A stretch of DNA of 39,684 nt from Verrucomicrobiota bacterium (GCA_040003015.1 JBDUDH010000052.1:1-39684); one strand, 5' to 3'; positions 1 to 9,858 are shown, counted from the stretch's first letter. The notes: generated from the letters alone by a model not told the origin. Translations and numbers: made by a program.

Positions 1-189
1 GGAATCTGTCAGGCGCTTCGGCGAAGCGGAGTGGTCCCAGATTTTCGACCGCCAGACCTGATCCGGCTCGCGCCCGCGCCCCTTTATACTTCGTTCACCG
101 AATGTTGGGACGCGGTCCAGATTTTGAAGCGGATCATGAGCTATCGTTCCTACGAACAAGCTCCCGCCGTTCGCGAGCTCGTGACCTGA
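1..189 (+). CDS. kynU: Kynureninase, C-terminal fragment (gene continues beyond the left edge)
   Basis: Frame 1 is open from base 1 to TGA 187-189. It is absent from the ORF track because it has no in-window start. The translation ...VVPDFRPPDLIRLAPAPLYTSFTECWDAVQILKRI... matches my recollection of the conserved kynureninase C-terminus (DFR.PD.IR..P.PLYT.F..VW.AV). Its stop abuts the ATG of a kynurenine formamidase gene. Confidence 0.6.
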   Translation, partial: GICQALRRSGVVPDFRPPDLIRLAPAPLYTSFTECWDAVQILKRIMSYRSYEQAPAVRELVT

Positions 190-846
190 ATGGAGCTCCA
201 TGATATCTCCGTCCCCCTTTCCGAGCGTCTGGCGCCATGGCCGGGCGACACGTCGGTCCGGTTTGCACTGAATCTGAAAATATCCGAGGGCGCGACCGTC
301 AATGTCGGCGCGGTGACGATGAGCATGCATAGCGGCACGCATGTTGACGCGCCGTTTCACTTCGAAGAGAACGGCGCAACGATCGAGAATCTTTCTCTGG
401 AGATTTATTTCGGCCCTGCCGTGGTCGTTGATCTCTCAAAAACTTACTCAGGACCGACGGAAGGCTTCGACAGTTCTCGCATGATTACGGTCGATGATCT
501 CGCAGCGGCCGTCGGCGGCCAAACTTCCATTCCGCGTTTGTTGGTGAAAACAAATTTTGTAAGCGATCGCACCGTTTTCCCGGACGAAATTCCGGTAATC
601 GCTCCGAATGTTCCCTTATGGCTAAAGGAGCGGGGAACCAAACTAATCGGACTCGATCTTCCGTCGGTCGACCGCGTCAAAAGCAAAGATTTACGGAATC
701 ATCGCGCACTATTGCGGTGCGGGATCATGATTCTTGAATCGCTCGATCTTTCGCAAATAGAAGACGGAGTCTACAACCTGGCTGCATTTCCGCTTAAGAT
801 CGCGGACGGCGATGCGTCGCCAGTGCGCGCAGTCCTCTGGCGTTAA
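190..846 (+). CDS. kynB: Kynurenine formamidase (arylformamidase, cyclase family)
   Basis: 218-aa ORF with the cyclase/KynB metal-binding signature MHSGTHVDAPFHF. Its size is typical of the family, and its ATG immediately follows the kynU stop (TGAATG). Confidence 0.8.
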   Translation: MELHDISVPLSERLAPWPGDTSVRFALNLKISEGATVNVGAVTMSMHSGTHVDAPFHFEENGATIENLSLEIYFGPAVVVDLSKTYSGPTEGFDSSRMITVDDLAAAVGGQTSIPRLLVKTNFVSDRTVFPDEIPVIAPNVPLWLKERGTKLIGLDLPSVDRVKSKDLRNHRALLRCGIMILESLDLSQIEDGVYNLAAFPLKIADGDASPVRAVLWR

Positions 847-860
847 GCCGCCTGCTCCCG

Positions 861-2345
861 ATGGAATCACCATTTGTGCGTCTCGATTTTTTTGGGAACC
901 GCACGCGCTGGTTTGTCATCAGCCTGAGCGTTCTTTTGTTCGCGATCACGAACCTGCCCTGGCATCTCGACGATTACGATCAGGCGAAACAAGCGTTTAC
1001 CTCGTTCGAGATGGTTCGCGAAGGTCACTGGCTCTATCAGCACACTTCGATCGCGAGGATCGCGACCAAGCCACCGTTGGTGGGATGGATTTCGGCTGCG
1101 GTTTACGAAACAACGCGCTGGTGGGAAGGAGCCTGGCGGTTGCCGTCATTTGCGGCGGCAATGGCGATCCTTTTTCTGCTCGGACGCGAAGCCAGCCGCG
1201 CATACGGCACTACGGCGGGGCTGATTGCAGTGAGCGCGTTCGGCTTAAATCTGCTAAGCCCACGTCTTGCGACGCTGGTTCGCACAGACATGCCATTAGC
1301 ATGCATCATTTTCCTCATCGGTCTGCAAATTTGGCGGAAAATTCGCACTGAGGAAAATTGGACATGGCGCGACCGCGCAATTGCATTTTTGCTACTGACC
1401 GGCGCGATGCTGGTGAAGGGGCCGATCGTTTACGCGTTTATTCTTCCCGGGCTTGTCGCTTGCCAACTGAGTGGCAGAAAATTCGGCGCCCGCAGCAACG
1501 CGTGGTCTGGTTGGTGGCCGTGGGTTGCGTCGCTCTCGGTATTTTTGCTTTGGGTGATCGGAGGCATCTTCACCGTGCCCAAATTTTATGATGAAGTTGT
1601 CGTGCGCGAGTTCGCCGGCCGATTTTCCGAAAGCATTCATCGACCGCAACCGGTCTTTTTTTATTTGCCGCATCTTCTCCATAAGTTCGCGCCGTGGAGT
1701 GTCCTGATGATTGGGCTGGCGCTCATCCACCGGCGCGCCGCAAAAGCGCGCGAAGGAAAAATCTTGGCGCAACTTCAGCCGGCAACGCTTTGGCTCGTAG
1801 GTTGGAGTTTGGGCGGTCTACTTTTGATGTCAGTCATTCCATCCAAGCGCGTCGATCGCATTTTTCCCGTCATTCCGCCGCTTTGCCTGCTCTTGGCTTC
1901 GCAGATCGCGGCCGCGAAGGCAAAGGAAGATCTTTGGCCGCGCGTAAAACAGTGGACTTCGATTGCTCTCATTTTCGCGTGCTTTTACAGCTGCGCTTAC
2001 TCCGCGGGGAAGATCATCAGCGGATATCGCCACCAAGAAAATGCGCTCGTTATTTTCGGCGAAAATGTTCGGAGAGAAGCGGCGACGAATCGATGGCGCT
2101 ATGAAGTAATCGCCGGCAAAGAAGAAGGTATGCTGCTCTATTGCCGTCGTGAGCATTTTATCTCACGCGACAGAGCCGCCGTGGAATGGAGAGCCGGCCA
2201 GCTCGATGCCTTGGTCGTGCCCGGCGGAAAGCTCGATTCGATGTTACCGCGATTACCGGGCGCAAACGTCAGAGCGGAATCATCGACCTCGAGTAGCACG
2301 CCGCGCTATTCTTTGCTGGTTCGTTCGTCAAACATTTCGCCCTGA
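861..2345 (+). CDS. Polytopic membrane glycosyltransferase, GT39/GT83 (ArnT/PMT-like) family
   Basis: 494-aa ORF with many hydrophobic segments. The N-terminal loop motif HLDDYDQAKQAFTSFEMVREGHWLY resembles the acidic first periplasmic loop of ArnT/PMT-type lipid-linked-sugar transferases. The soluble C-terminal tail is about 100 aa. Confidence 0.6.
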   Translation: MESPFVRLDFFGNRTRWFVISLSVLLFAITNLPWHLDDYDQAKQAFTSFEMVREGHWLYQHTSIARIATKPPLVGWISAAVYETTRWWEGAWRLPSFAAAMAILFLLGREASRAYGTTAGLIAVSAFGLNLLSPRLATLVRTDMPLACIIFLIGLQIWRKIRTEENWTWRDRAIAFLLLTGAMLVKGPIVYAFILPGLVACQLSGRKFGARSNAWSGWWPWVASLSVFLLWVIGGIFTVPKFYDEVVVREFAGRFSESIHRPQPVFFYLPHLLHKFAPWSVLMIGLALIHRRAAKAREGKILAQLQPATLWLVGWSLGGLLLMSVIPSKRVDRIFPVIPPLCLLLASQIAAAKAKEDLWPRVKQWTSIALIFACFYSCAYSAGKIISGYRHQENALVIFGENVRREAATNRWRYEVIAGKEEGMLLYCRREHFISRDRAAVEWRAGQLDALVVPGGKLDSMLPRLPGANVRAESSTSSSTPRYSLLVRSSNISP

Positions 2346-2403
2346 TCGGGCGGGAAAACCACGCTCGACATCCCGACCGTGCTCGATACTCTCGCCCTGA
2401 CGA

Positions 2404-2940
2404 TTGGTGCTCGAGTTGATGGATTTTCCGAAAGAAGAGATCGAAACGCTTTGGTGCCCGTGGCGAGTGGAATATTTCGAGCGCGAAGATCGCAACGAGA
2501 ATTTTCTCTCCGACGCGGCGCAGGCCAGCGACGATGCTGCTCACTTCGTCGTGACACGGCGAAAGAACGCCTTTCTGATGATGAACCGCTACCCGTACGC
2601 GGTCGGCCATTTGATGGCTGTCCCTTATCGAAAGACGTCGGATTTGTCGTCGTTAGGCGAGAATGAGGTTCTCGAGCTTTGGCATTTGGCGACGCACGCA
2701 CAGATTTTGCTTCGCGAAACGATGAAAGCACAAGGCTTCAACATCGGATTCAACCTCGGAATGTGCGCCGGCGCCGGCGTGCCCGATCACTTGCATCTGC
2801 ATATTGTGCCGCGCTGGAACGGCGACACGAATTTTATGCCGGTGCTGAGCGGAACGCGGATGTTGTCCGAAGGATTGCAAAGCCTTTATGAGAAACTAAT
2901 CGCGACCCAGGAACGACTCGGGGCCGACCACCCATTATGA
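2404..2940 (+). CDS. HIT-family nucleotide hydrolase/transferase (Ap4A phosphorylase-like)
   Basis: Histidine-triad motif DHLHLHIVPRWNGDTNFMPV. The TTG at 2404 is the first possible start; ATG at 2419 (MDFPKEE...) is an equally plausible start. The stop overlaps the next gene's ATG (ATGA at 2937-2940). Confidence 0.8.
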   Translation: MVLELMDFPKEEIETLWCPWRVEYFEREDRNENFLSDAAQASDDAAHFVVTRRKNAFLMMNRYPYAVGHLMAVPYRKTSDLSSLGENEVLELWHLATHAQILLRETMKAQGFNIGFNLGMCAGAGVPDHLHLHIVPRWNGDTNFMPVLSGTRMLSEGLQSLYEKLIATQERLGADHPL

Positions 2941-3635
2941 CTGCTCCCGCCTGGTTCGAGCCGCCGCCGGCGCAGAAAAAAGGCATCGGCTGTTTCGGAA
3001 AAGGATGTCTGATTCTGCTCATATCTCTTCTTCTGCTGGCGGCTCTCTTTTTCGGTGTCGGCTACGTGAGCGTCCGCTACGCGTTAACAGCGTCGGCGCC
3101 TCGTGAACTCCCGCCTATAGTTACTTCTGAAACTGAAGAGAAGGCGGTTCAACAACGCTGGGAGAACTTTACAAGCACGACCCGCGATCGTGAACCTGCA
3201 ACGGAGGTGGTCGATGCCGCTCCGGCGCGCACCGACGCGACTCAGGCGCGCATGCCACCGCGAATTGAGTTTTCCGCCAGCGACATCAACCAGTTGATCG
3301 CTGCAAATCGCAACTCGCGCGGCAAGGCATTTGTTTCCATTGAGAACAATGTCGGGCATGTGCAGATCAGCATCCCGCTCGAGAAGGTCGGCTTTCCGGG
3401 CCGATATTTGAATGGCGATTTCGACGTTACCGCGTCGCCGGATGGCGATCCGTGGAAAATTCGCGTCACCAACACTTCGCTCGGCGGTATCGATGTCCCG
3501 GAAAGGATGCTTAATTTGCTTTTGGGAGCGCATTCGCTTCGCAGTTATATCGATCAATACGCGGGCGAGTACGCCGTTTCCAAAGTCTACGTCATCGATA
3601 ACAAGGCCGTTCTCGAGACGGGAACTGCTCGCTGA
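2937..3635 (+). CDS. Hypothetical single-pass membrane protein
   Basis: 232-aa ORF translationally coupled to the HIT gene by an ATGA overlap. It has one strong N-terminal TM helix (CLILLISLLLLAALFFGVGYV) followed by a soluble domain. I recognise no motif. Confidence 0.55.
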   Translation: MTAPAWFEPPPAQKKGIGCFGKGCLILLISLLLLAALFFGVGYVSVRYALTASAPRELPPIVTSETEEKAVQQRWENFTSTTRDREPATEVVDAAPARTDATQARMPPRIEFSASDINQLIAANRNSRGKAFVSIENNVGHVQISIPLEKVGFPGRYLNGDFDVTASPDGDPWKIRVTNTSLGGIDVPERMLNLLLGAHSLRSYIDQYAGEYAVSKVYVIDNKAVLETGTAR

Positions 3636-5201
3636 TTACTGCTTTATGATCTCGCGTACGAACACATTCAATTGTCCGTCGGATTGCCGGCGCACTTCTG
3701 TGATTTCGTAAGGCCGGGCGTCGTCGCGATTGACCGTTGACCCGGGTTGGGGGAGCGCTGAGCCAGCGGGATATTCGACGATGATGCGTGTCGAACGAGA
3801 TCCGGATCCAAAACGCAGCACGGTGTCGGTGAGTTTGTTTTTGGGCCGGAGGACGGCGCGATTTCCATCGGTGAAATTAACAATGAACTGCCCTCTGAGA
3901 TAAATTCGTTCGCCGGCGGTCCCGCGGTCTGCGATCTCGCGCAGATCCGACGTGCTCACAAGCCGACCGACTGGTATTTGGCCGGGATCGAATGTTTTCC
4001 AGTTTGCGCCGGCGCTGGAAGCTAAAGCCAAACCGGGCGAGGGCGTGGCAACCGGAATTGCCGGCGGCAGCGTGGTCGTCGCCGTGGGGGAAGCAGTCGG
4101 AGGAGATGTTTCGTTCGGCGCATTGGCGATCTCCGCCTGCGCTGCCTCTTCTGCGGACACCGGTACGGCACGCTTCGCTACAATTGTCTCCGAAGGTGTC
4201 GGAGTCGCGGTTGCCATTTTGCTCTTTCTTGTCCGGCCGCCTTTTGCCATGGAAGCGGCCTCTTCCATTCCCCTGGAAGTTCTTGCCGGCGGAGTTGCCG
4301 CGGGAAGCGGCTTTGCCAGTTCCACGCGCACCAAGGCATCCGCCGAAGGTGGCGGAGATGTCTTCGCATCAGCCGCAATTCCCGCGATGGGCAACGCACC
4401 GGAAGCGGGCGCAAGCTTTTCACGGTATCGCTCGTAATTCACTTCGACGGTATTACGCATCTGTGGTTTGAAAATTGGCCAGCCGGCCGCGAGGTTCAGA
4501 TCGATCGGCGGCTCCAGGCTCAACGTGCCGGTGCCACGCGTCATTGCGTAACTGCCGTAAAGGAGTGGGATCGTCGTGATCTGGATGCGGCCGTCCGGAA
4601 GCCGCTCGACATGAATGACCGCCGAAAGATCGTACGCCCGTTCCAATTTGATATCGAGTCCCATCGCGAGCGTCTCTTTTAACAGGCGCGCGTTCCGCTC
4701 GTCGGCGGTTGTGTAAATATGTTCCATGAGCAGTTCGGGACGCTCGACCGAACGCGTGAGCGCGACGACGCCAGAGGTGAAAATATCACTCGGCTTCAAC
4801 TCGCGCGACCCCATGATATTAAAACGCCCAACCATATACGTGACCAGGCCGCGCACTTGCTGAAAGTTGCGCACGTAATTGCGGGTTAATTTCGCACTCG
4901 TGTTCGCCAGCTCCGCCGGCCCCAACGCCATGTAGCGGTCATAGAGTTGCTTTGCGCCAAGAAATTCGCCCGCTGGCGCGGCCGTTAGTTGGAAGCGTTT
5001 TGGCGGCTCGATTTTGTGCAGCTTTGTTAAAATGCGATAGCTGTCGGGCCGCTCGGGTTGTCCGAAGATGTAGAAACTGCCCAGCCAGGCCGTTAGGGCC
5101 AGCCCGATGAGCAGCAGGATCGCAATCGTCCAGGCGAAAAGATTCGCTCTCTTCCCCTCGTATCCGTAGCGGTCATCGAAGCGAAAGAAATCAGGCTCCA
5201 T
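3636..5201 (-). CDS. Hypothetical membrane-anchored protein with Pro/Ala/Thr/Ser-rich linker
   Basis: The track ORF is 3636-5288, but its first 29 codons overlap the erpA-like gene. ATG at 5201 (MEPDFFRFDD...) removes the overlap. The protein has one TM helix (LFAWTIAILLLIGLALTAWLGSFYIF), a globular domain, a low-complexity P/A/T/S linker of about 130 aa, and a C-terminal domain of about 115 aa. No family recognised. Confidence 0.55.
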   Translation of the reverse strand: MEPDFFRFDDRYGYEGKRANLFAWTIAILLLIGLALTAWLGSFYIFGQPERPDSYRILTKLHKIEPPKRFQLTAAPAGEFLGAKQLYDRYMALGPAELANTSAKLTRNYVRNFQQVRGLVTYMVGRFNIMGSRELKPSDIFTSGVVALTRSVERPELLMEHIYTTADERNARLLKETLAMGLDIKLERAYDLSAVIHVERLPDGRIQITTIPLLYGSYAMTRGTGTLSLEPPIDLNLAAGWPIFKPQMRNTVEVNYERYREKLAPASGALPIAGIAADAKTSPPPSADALVRVELAKPLPAATPPARTSRGMEEAASMAKGGRTRKSKMATATPTPSETIVAKRAVPVSAEEAAQAEIANAPNETSPPTASPTATTTLPPAIPVATPSPGLALASSAGANWKTFDPGQIPVGRLVSTSDLREIADRGTAGERIYLRGQFIVNFTDGNRAVLRPKNKLTDTVLRFGSGSRSTRIIVEYPAGSALPQPGSTVNRDDARPYEITEVRRQSDGQLNVFVREIIKQ

Positions 5202-5232
5202 GAAATACGCCTTCGGCCGCAGACGTTCGGAA

Positions 5233-5568
5233 TTACGCCGGACGAGCTGCTTCGAAAGAGGTTCCGCAGCCGCAGGTGCGGGCGGCATTTGGATTCACGA
5301 TCCGGAAACCGGCGCCAGTCAGACCATCTTGAAAATCAAGTGTTGCGTCGCGGAGCAAATCGCCGCTTTCTGGATCAATAAAAAATTCCACGCCGTCACG
5401 CTCGACCACGGCATCTCCTTCTTTGGGATGATCGAGCGCCATTTCGTATTGCAAACCGGAACATCCGCCCTTTGCCACTTGCACGCGCAGCCCCTTTTTC
5501 TCCGAGGCCGGTTGCGCTCCGAGCAGTGCACGAAGCTGCTTCACCGCGCTTTCTGTGACGTTAATCAT
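5233..5568 (-). CDS. erpA: Iron-sulfur cluster insertion/carrier protein, HesB/IscA/ErpA family
   Basis: 111 aa. It has the A-type carrier layout with CSG (KGGCSGLQY) and the C-terminal CGCGTSF cysteine motif. Confidence 0.85.
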   Translation of the reverse strand: MINVTESAVKQLRALLGAQPASEKKGLRVQVAKGGCSGLQYEMALDHPKEGDAVVERDGVEFFIDPESGDLLRDATLDFQDGLTGAGFRIVNPNAARTCGCGTSFEAARPA

Positions 5569-5733
5569 TTGGTTTTGGAAAAACTATAACGCCACTCACC
5601 TAAGTCAAACCATCGCGCCGTATCGGGCTGGCTCGACTAAGCTTGGCAAAAGAACGATTCAGGCGCGGAAATTCAAAATCGAAAGCTTGTTCTGAGCGCG
5701 CAGCGAGTCGAATGGATATAAAATTCAAACTGC

Positions 5734-7518
5734 ATGAGCCGCATTCATCTCCTTTCCGAGACTCTCGCCAGCCAGGTGGCGGCCGGTGAGGTGATCGAAC
5801 GGCCGGCCTCGATCGTAAAAGAGCTGGTCGAGAACAGCATCGATGCTCGCGCGCAAAGGATCGAGACACTGATTCGGCGCGGCGGCATCTCGCTGATTCG
5901 CGTGAACGATGACGGCATCGGGATGGATCGGGACGACGCTTTGCTTTGTCTCGAGCGTCATGCCACAAGTAAAATTCGTTCGTCCGCCGATCTGGCCGCG
6001 ATCGGGACGCTCGGTTTTCGCGGCGAAGCATTGCCGAGCATCGCGAGCGTTTCCCGGTTCCGACTCACGACGCGTGAGCACGATGCGGTCGCCGGCACCG
6101 ACATCATCGTCTCGGGCGGTCGCATGGAGACGGTTCGCGATGGTGGCGAAGCTCCGGGAACGCAGGTCGAAGCGCGCTCGATTTTTTTCAATCTCCCGGC
6201 GCGTCGCAAATTCCTCCGTTCGGAAAACACGGAAACGCGAAACATCGAGCACCAGCTCCATCTTCAAGCGATCGGTCATCCGGCGATTGCGTTCTCGTTT
6301 CTCCGTGACGACCGCCTCGTGTTTCAACTTCCCGCGACGAAAACACTGCGCGAACGCATCCGCGATCTTTACGGCAGCGAATTACTCAATCGCTTGCTCG
6401 AAATTGATGCGAGCTCGGGCGATTCCAAGATCAAACTCAGCGGCTTTATCGGCCAGGCCGGAGTGAGTCGGCAAACGCGATCGCAACAGCTTGTCTTCGT
6501 CAACGGACGCGCCATCGAGAGCCCGTTGGTAGGCGGCGCGTTGAAGGAAGGCTACCACACTGCGCTGATGAAGGGACAATATCCGATCACTTTTCTTTTT
6601 GTCGGGCTCGATCCGGCTGAAGTGGACGTGAATGTGCATCCCGCCAAACGCGAAGTGCGTTTTCGCGATCCCTCGACGGTGCGCGAAGCAGTCGTTGCGT
6701 GCATTCGGCGCACTCTCGAAAGCGGGCGAGGGGCATGGCAGAGTCAGTTTCGCGCGCCCGACCCGTCGCCGTCCGCGCTGAACGCACGCCCACTCGATCT
6801 GCCGCGAATACTACGGACCGAGTCGGTCACCGCCGCGCAGCATTCTGTCATCCCAAGCCCCGAAAGCTTTCGCGGCGAAGAACCCCACAAGTTATCGAAT
6901 GAGTCGCCGTTGGAGAGAGCGGCGCCTCAAGCTCAATCTCAGCAATTCCAGATCATCGGGGTGCTCAACAAGCTGTACGTTTTAATGGAAAATAAAGATG
7001 GCCTCGTGCTTGTCGACCAGCACGCGGCACACGAACGGGTCCTTTTCGAAGAGCTGCGTCGACGCATGGAAGAACATGGCGCGTTTTCGCAGAAGCTCCT
7101 GCTTCCGCAAATCTTCGAGTTGCCGCCGCGCGATGCGGAATGGATCGAGCGCAATCTCGCGACACTACAGAAGATGGGCATCGGAGTCGAGGAGTTTGGC
7201 CGGTCAACCTTCAGGCTGGAAAGTCTCCCGCCGTTTCTCGCGGCCTCCGATCCGGCACGCTTTATTCAGGAAGTGATTGACGGCTTAAAATCCGCCAGCA
7301 ACAGCAGTTCTCCACTTCGGCTGGCGGAAGATTTGATTGCGAAAACGGTCTGCCGTCATGCCGTCAAAGCGCACGATCCGCTTCGTTTTCGGGAAGTGGA
7401 AAGATTAATCCGCGATTTGCTTGAGTGCGATTTGCCTTATTGCTGCCCGCACGGACGACCGACGATGATTCAGATTTCGTTCGCGGAATTGGAAAAAAAA
7501 TTCGGCCGCAAAGTCTAA
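5734..7518 (+). CDS. mutL: DNA mismatch repair protein MutL (endonuclease-type)
   Basis: N-terminal GHKL ATPase motifs (VAAGEVIERPASIVKELVENSIDA; DDGIGM). C-terminal endonuclease motifs DQHAAHERVLFE and CPHGRP. Confidence 0.95.
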   Translation: MSRIHLLSETLASQVAAGEVIERPASIVKELVENSIDARAQRIETLIRRGGISLIRVNDDGIGMDRDDALLCLERHATSKIRSSADLAAIGTLGFRGEALPSIASVSRFRLTTREHDAVAGTDIIVSGGRMETVRDGGEAPGTQVEARSIFFNLPARRKFLRSENTETRNIEHQLHLQAIGHPAIAFSFLRDDRLVFQLPATKTLRERIRDLYGSELLNRLLEIDASSGDSKIKLSGFIGQAGVSRQTRSQQLVFVNGRAIESPLVGGALKEGYHTALMKGQYPITFLFVGLDPAEVDVNVHPAKREVRFRDPSTVREAVVACIRRTLESGRGAWQSQFRAPDPSPSALNARPLDLPRILRTESVTAAQHSVIPSPESFRGEEPHKLSNESPLERAAPQAQSQQFQIIGVLNKLYVLMENKDGLVLVDQHAAHERVLFEELRRRMEEHGAFSQKLLLPQIFELPPRDAEWIERNLATLQKMGIGVEEFGRSTFRLESLPPFLAASDPARFIQEVIDGLKSASNSSSPLRLAEDLIAKTVCRHAVKAHDPLRFREVERLIRDLLECDLPYCCPHGRPTMIQISFAELEKKFGRKV

Positions 7519-7547
7519 GCCGCCAACCAACCAGTTGACTGGCGGCC

Positions 7548-8645
7548 CTACCACCAATACTTGGCGATCAGCGCCTTTATTTGCGGAGTTTGCAGCGGAT
7601 AATTTTCCTTTTCTCGATTAGGTAAATCTGGGAACCACTTCCACAAAAACATTCCCGCGAGAAATTGCTGTTTGCCGGTCAAGGCAAGCGCCGTCTCCAG
7701 ACAACGCCGCTGAATTTCTTCAGCATGATCGCCGCCGGTTTTGAAAGCCCACGGCTCTGCTGCCGCCCGATCACTCTCGTTGTAGCCCAGTTCGGTAAAA
7801 ATGAATCGTTTGCCGCCGTGGTCTTTCGAAAAGCGCTCCAGTATGCTGCATTGACGCTTCCACGCCGTGATCAGATCTTCGATCGGAGGATTGGCCTTTT
7901 TTGTTAATGGGAAATAGGCAAGGACGCCGATGTAATCGAGCACGTCCCAAAACGTCACCTGGTCGTATTCATTCCAGTTCGCTCCATAGGTCAATTTTCC
8001 GTGATAAACATTTCGAACCGCGTTGATGATCGCGCGCCATTGTGGATCGAACTTTTGCGCGTGCGCGAATTCCAGGCCCACACAAAAAAGCGCGACATGA
8101 TGGGCTTCGGCGATCGTCGCCATCTGCACGATCCAGTTCTGATAATCCGCGAAAAAGCGGTCCCATTCTTCCTGGCGGTCAAATTTGATGTCGCCGCGCC
8201 ATGAAAATTTCGAGCCCCAATACGAGATATGCGGCACGAGCATGACCGACAACTGGCGTTCCCGGGCCCAGTCGAGCGGAACCGTGATGTGACTATTGTT
8301 ATCGATCACTCGAAAGACGACGTGTCCGTCATTCTGAATCTGGGCATAGGGATGGATGGCGATAGTGTTCACTCCCAGACGTTTTAATTCATCCAGCGTC
8401 TGCGCCATCTGAGGCGTCTGCCACTCTACTCCCCAAGTCTGACACGAAACTGTCACGCCCTTGAAAAATGGAGGCAAGGCCATGGGAGTTAGCGGTGGTG
8501 GCGATGGCGGCGGCGCCGGTGCACCGATGACTGAAGGGGCAAGGCTTAACGTCAGACAGAAACAAATAATCGCGCGCTCTATTCGTTCTCTGCTTCTAAA
8601 AACCCGGTGCGCTCGACGCATTACCCTTGCTCTGTGCCGATGCAT
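7548..8645 (-). CDS. Putative secreted TIM-barrel glycoside hydrolase (clan GH-A-like)
   Basis: 365-aa ORF with a signal-peptide-like N-terminus (IICFCLTLSLAPSVIGAP) followed by a poly-Pro stretch. The alternating beta/alpha pattern has candidate catalytic glutamates in VGLEFAH and FTELGY. The family assignment is tentative, and an internal Met may be the true start. Confidence 0.45.
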   Translation of the reverse strand: MHRHRARVMRRAHRVFRSRERIERAIICFCLTLSLAPSVIGAPAPPPSPPPLTPMALPPFFKGVTVSCQTWGVEWQTPQMAQTLDELKRLGVNTIAIHPYAQIQNDGHVVFRVIDNNSHITVPLDWARERQLSVMLVPHISYWGSKFSWRGDIKFDRQEEWDRFFADYQNWIVQMATIAEAHHVALFCVGLEFAHAQKFDPQWRAIINAVRNVYHGKLTYGANWNEYDQVTFWDVLDYIGVLAYFPLTKKANPPIEDLITAWKRQCSILERFSKDHGGKRFIFTELGYNESDRAAAEPWAFKTGGDHAEEIQRRCLETALALTGKQQFLAGMFLWKWFPDLPNREKENYPLQTPQIKALIAKYWW

Positions 8646-8833
8646 CCGCCCGTGTTAAATCTCGTTCAGCTCGGATGCAAATCGAAAGACGGTTTTAGTG
8701 TCCGCCGCGGCAAATAAGTTTTATGTCGGCAATATTTTAATCTTTCCGTGATCGGATTTGGACCAACCCCAACTGGAGTCACGATTCAGCTTGCGGTTGT
8801 CTTGCCCGACCCAAGAATATAGTTGGCTTTATT

Positions 8834-9844
8834 ATGTCGGATGACTCCCGCGTTGCGCTGATCACCGGAATTACCGGTCAAGACGGTTCGTATCTGGCCG
8901 AGTTGCTGTTGGCAAAAGGATATACTGTGCACGGAGTCGTGAGACGGACGAGTAATCTTCTTCGCTCGCGGATTGAACATTTGCGCAGGGACGAAGCTCT
9001 GTATGGGAAACGGCTCTTCCTGCATTACGGCGATCTTTCCGATGGTACGACGCTGCGACGCATCTTTGCACAGGCGCGCCCCGCGGAAGTTTATCATCTG
9101 GCGGGACAGAGCCATGTCGGATTGAGTTTCGAAATTCCAGAGTCGACCTCGGAAGAAGTCGGGATGGCAACGTTGCGCCTGCTCGAGATTTCGCGTGATC
9201 AGCCGCAGCCGGTGCGGTTTTATCACGCATCGAGCTCGGAAATTTTCGGTGATGTGAAGGAAACGCCACAAACCGAGGAAACGCCGTTTCGTCCGGCAAG
9301 CCCCTACGGATGCGCGAAAGCTTTCGCGACCCAACTCGCGCAGGTATACCGCAAATCGTACGCTCTCTTTGTTTGCAATGGCATTCTTTATAATCACGAG
9401 TCGCCCCGGCGCGGTGAAAATTTTGTGACCCGCAAAATCGCAAAGTCAGTGGCGCGGATTGCGCGTGGGCTCGAGCACGAACTCGTGCTTGGAAATTTGC
9501 AGGGCCGCCGTGATTGGGGGCGTGCGCAGGATTATGTCATCGCGATGTGGTTGATGCTGCAGCATGATCAGCCCGATGATTATGTCGTCGCCAGCGGTGA
9601 AACCCATTCGGTGCAGGATTTCGTGGAGATGGCCTTTGCGGTCGTGAATTTACCCTGGGAAAAACATGTAAAGCATAACTCTTCTCTCGAGCGGCCGGCT
9701 GATCCGGCCAAGCTTGTCGGGTCGAGCGCAAAAATCCAGCGCACTCTCGGCTGGAAACCGACCGGTGCATTTCCAGATCTGGTTCGCGAAATGGTCGAAG
9801 CTGAACTGGCGGCGATCGACGAGGGAAGGAAAAATGCAGCGTAG
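8834..9844 (+). CDS. gmd: GDP-mannose 4,6-dehydratase
   Basis: The N-terminus ALITGITGQDGSYLAELLLAKGYTVHG and the SDR catalytic region SPYGCAK...LYNHESPRRGENFVTRK are typical of Gmd. Confidence 0.92.
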   Translation: MSDDSRVALITGITGQDGSYLAELLLAKGYTVHGVVRRTSNLLRSRIEHLRRDEALYGKRLFLHYGDLSDGTTLRRIFAQARPAEVYHLAGQSHVGLSFEIPESTSEEVGMATLRLLEISRDQPQPVRFYHASSSEIFGDVKETPQTEETPFRPASPYGCAKAFATQLAQVYRKSYALFVCNGILYNHESPRRGENFVTRKIAKSVARIARGLEHELVLGNLQGRRDWGRAQDYVIAMWLMLQHDQPDDYVVASGETHSVQDFVEMAFAVVNLPWEKHVKHNSSLERPADPAKLVGSSAKIQRTLGWKPTGAFPDLVREMVEAELAAIDEGRKNAA

Positions 9845-9858
9845 CGTCGTTACGCTCA

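Noticed and set aside
3952-4471. Two overlapping plus-strand ORFs (161 and 159 aa)
   Set aside because: They lie opposite the GC-rich P/A/T/S low-complexity linker of the 3636-5201 gene. Such regions are open in several frames by composition alone.
5202-5288. N-terminal 29-codon extension of the 550-aa track ORF
   Set aside because: It would overlap the last 56 nt of the erpA-like gene on the same strand. The internal ATG at 5201 gives a sensible N-terminus immediately before the TM helix.
5725-6327. 200-aa minus-strand ORF over the 5' part of mutL
   Set aside because: It is antisense to the conserved GHKL ATPase domain of MutL, so it is a shadow ORF.
8786-9397. 203-aa and 190-aa minus-strand ORFs over gmd
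   Set aside because: They are antisense to a gene with clear Gmd motifs, so they are shadow ORFs.
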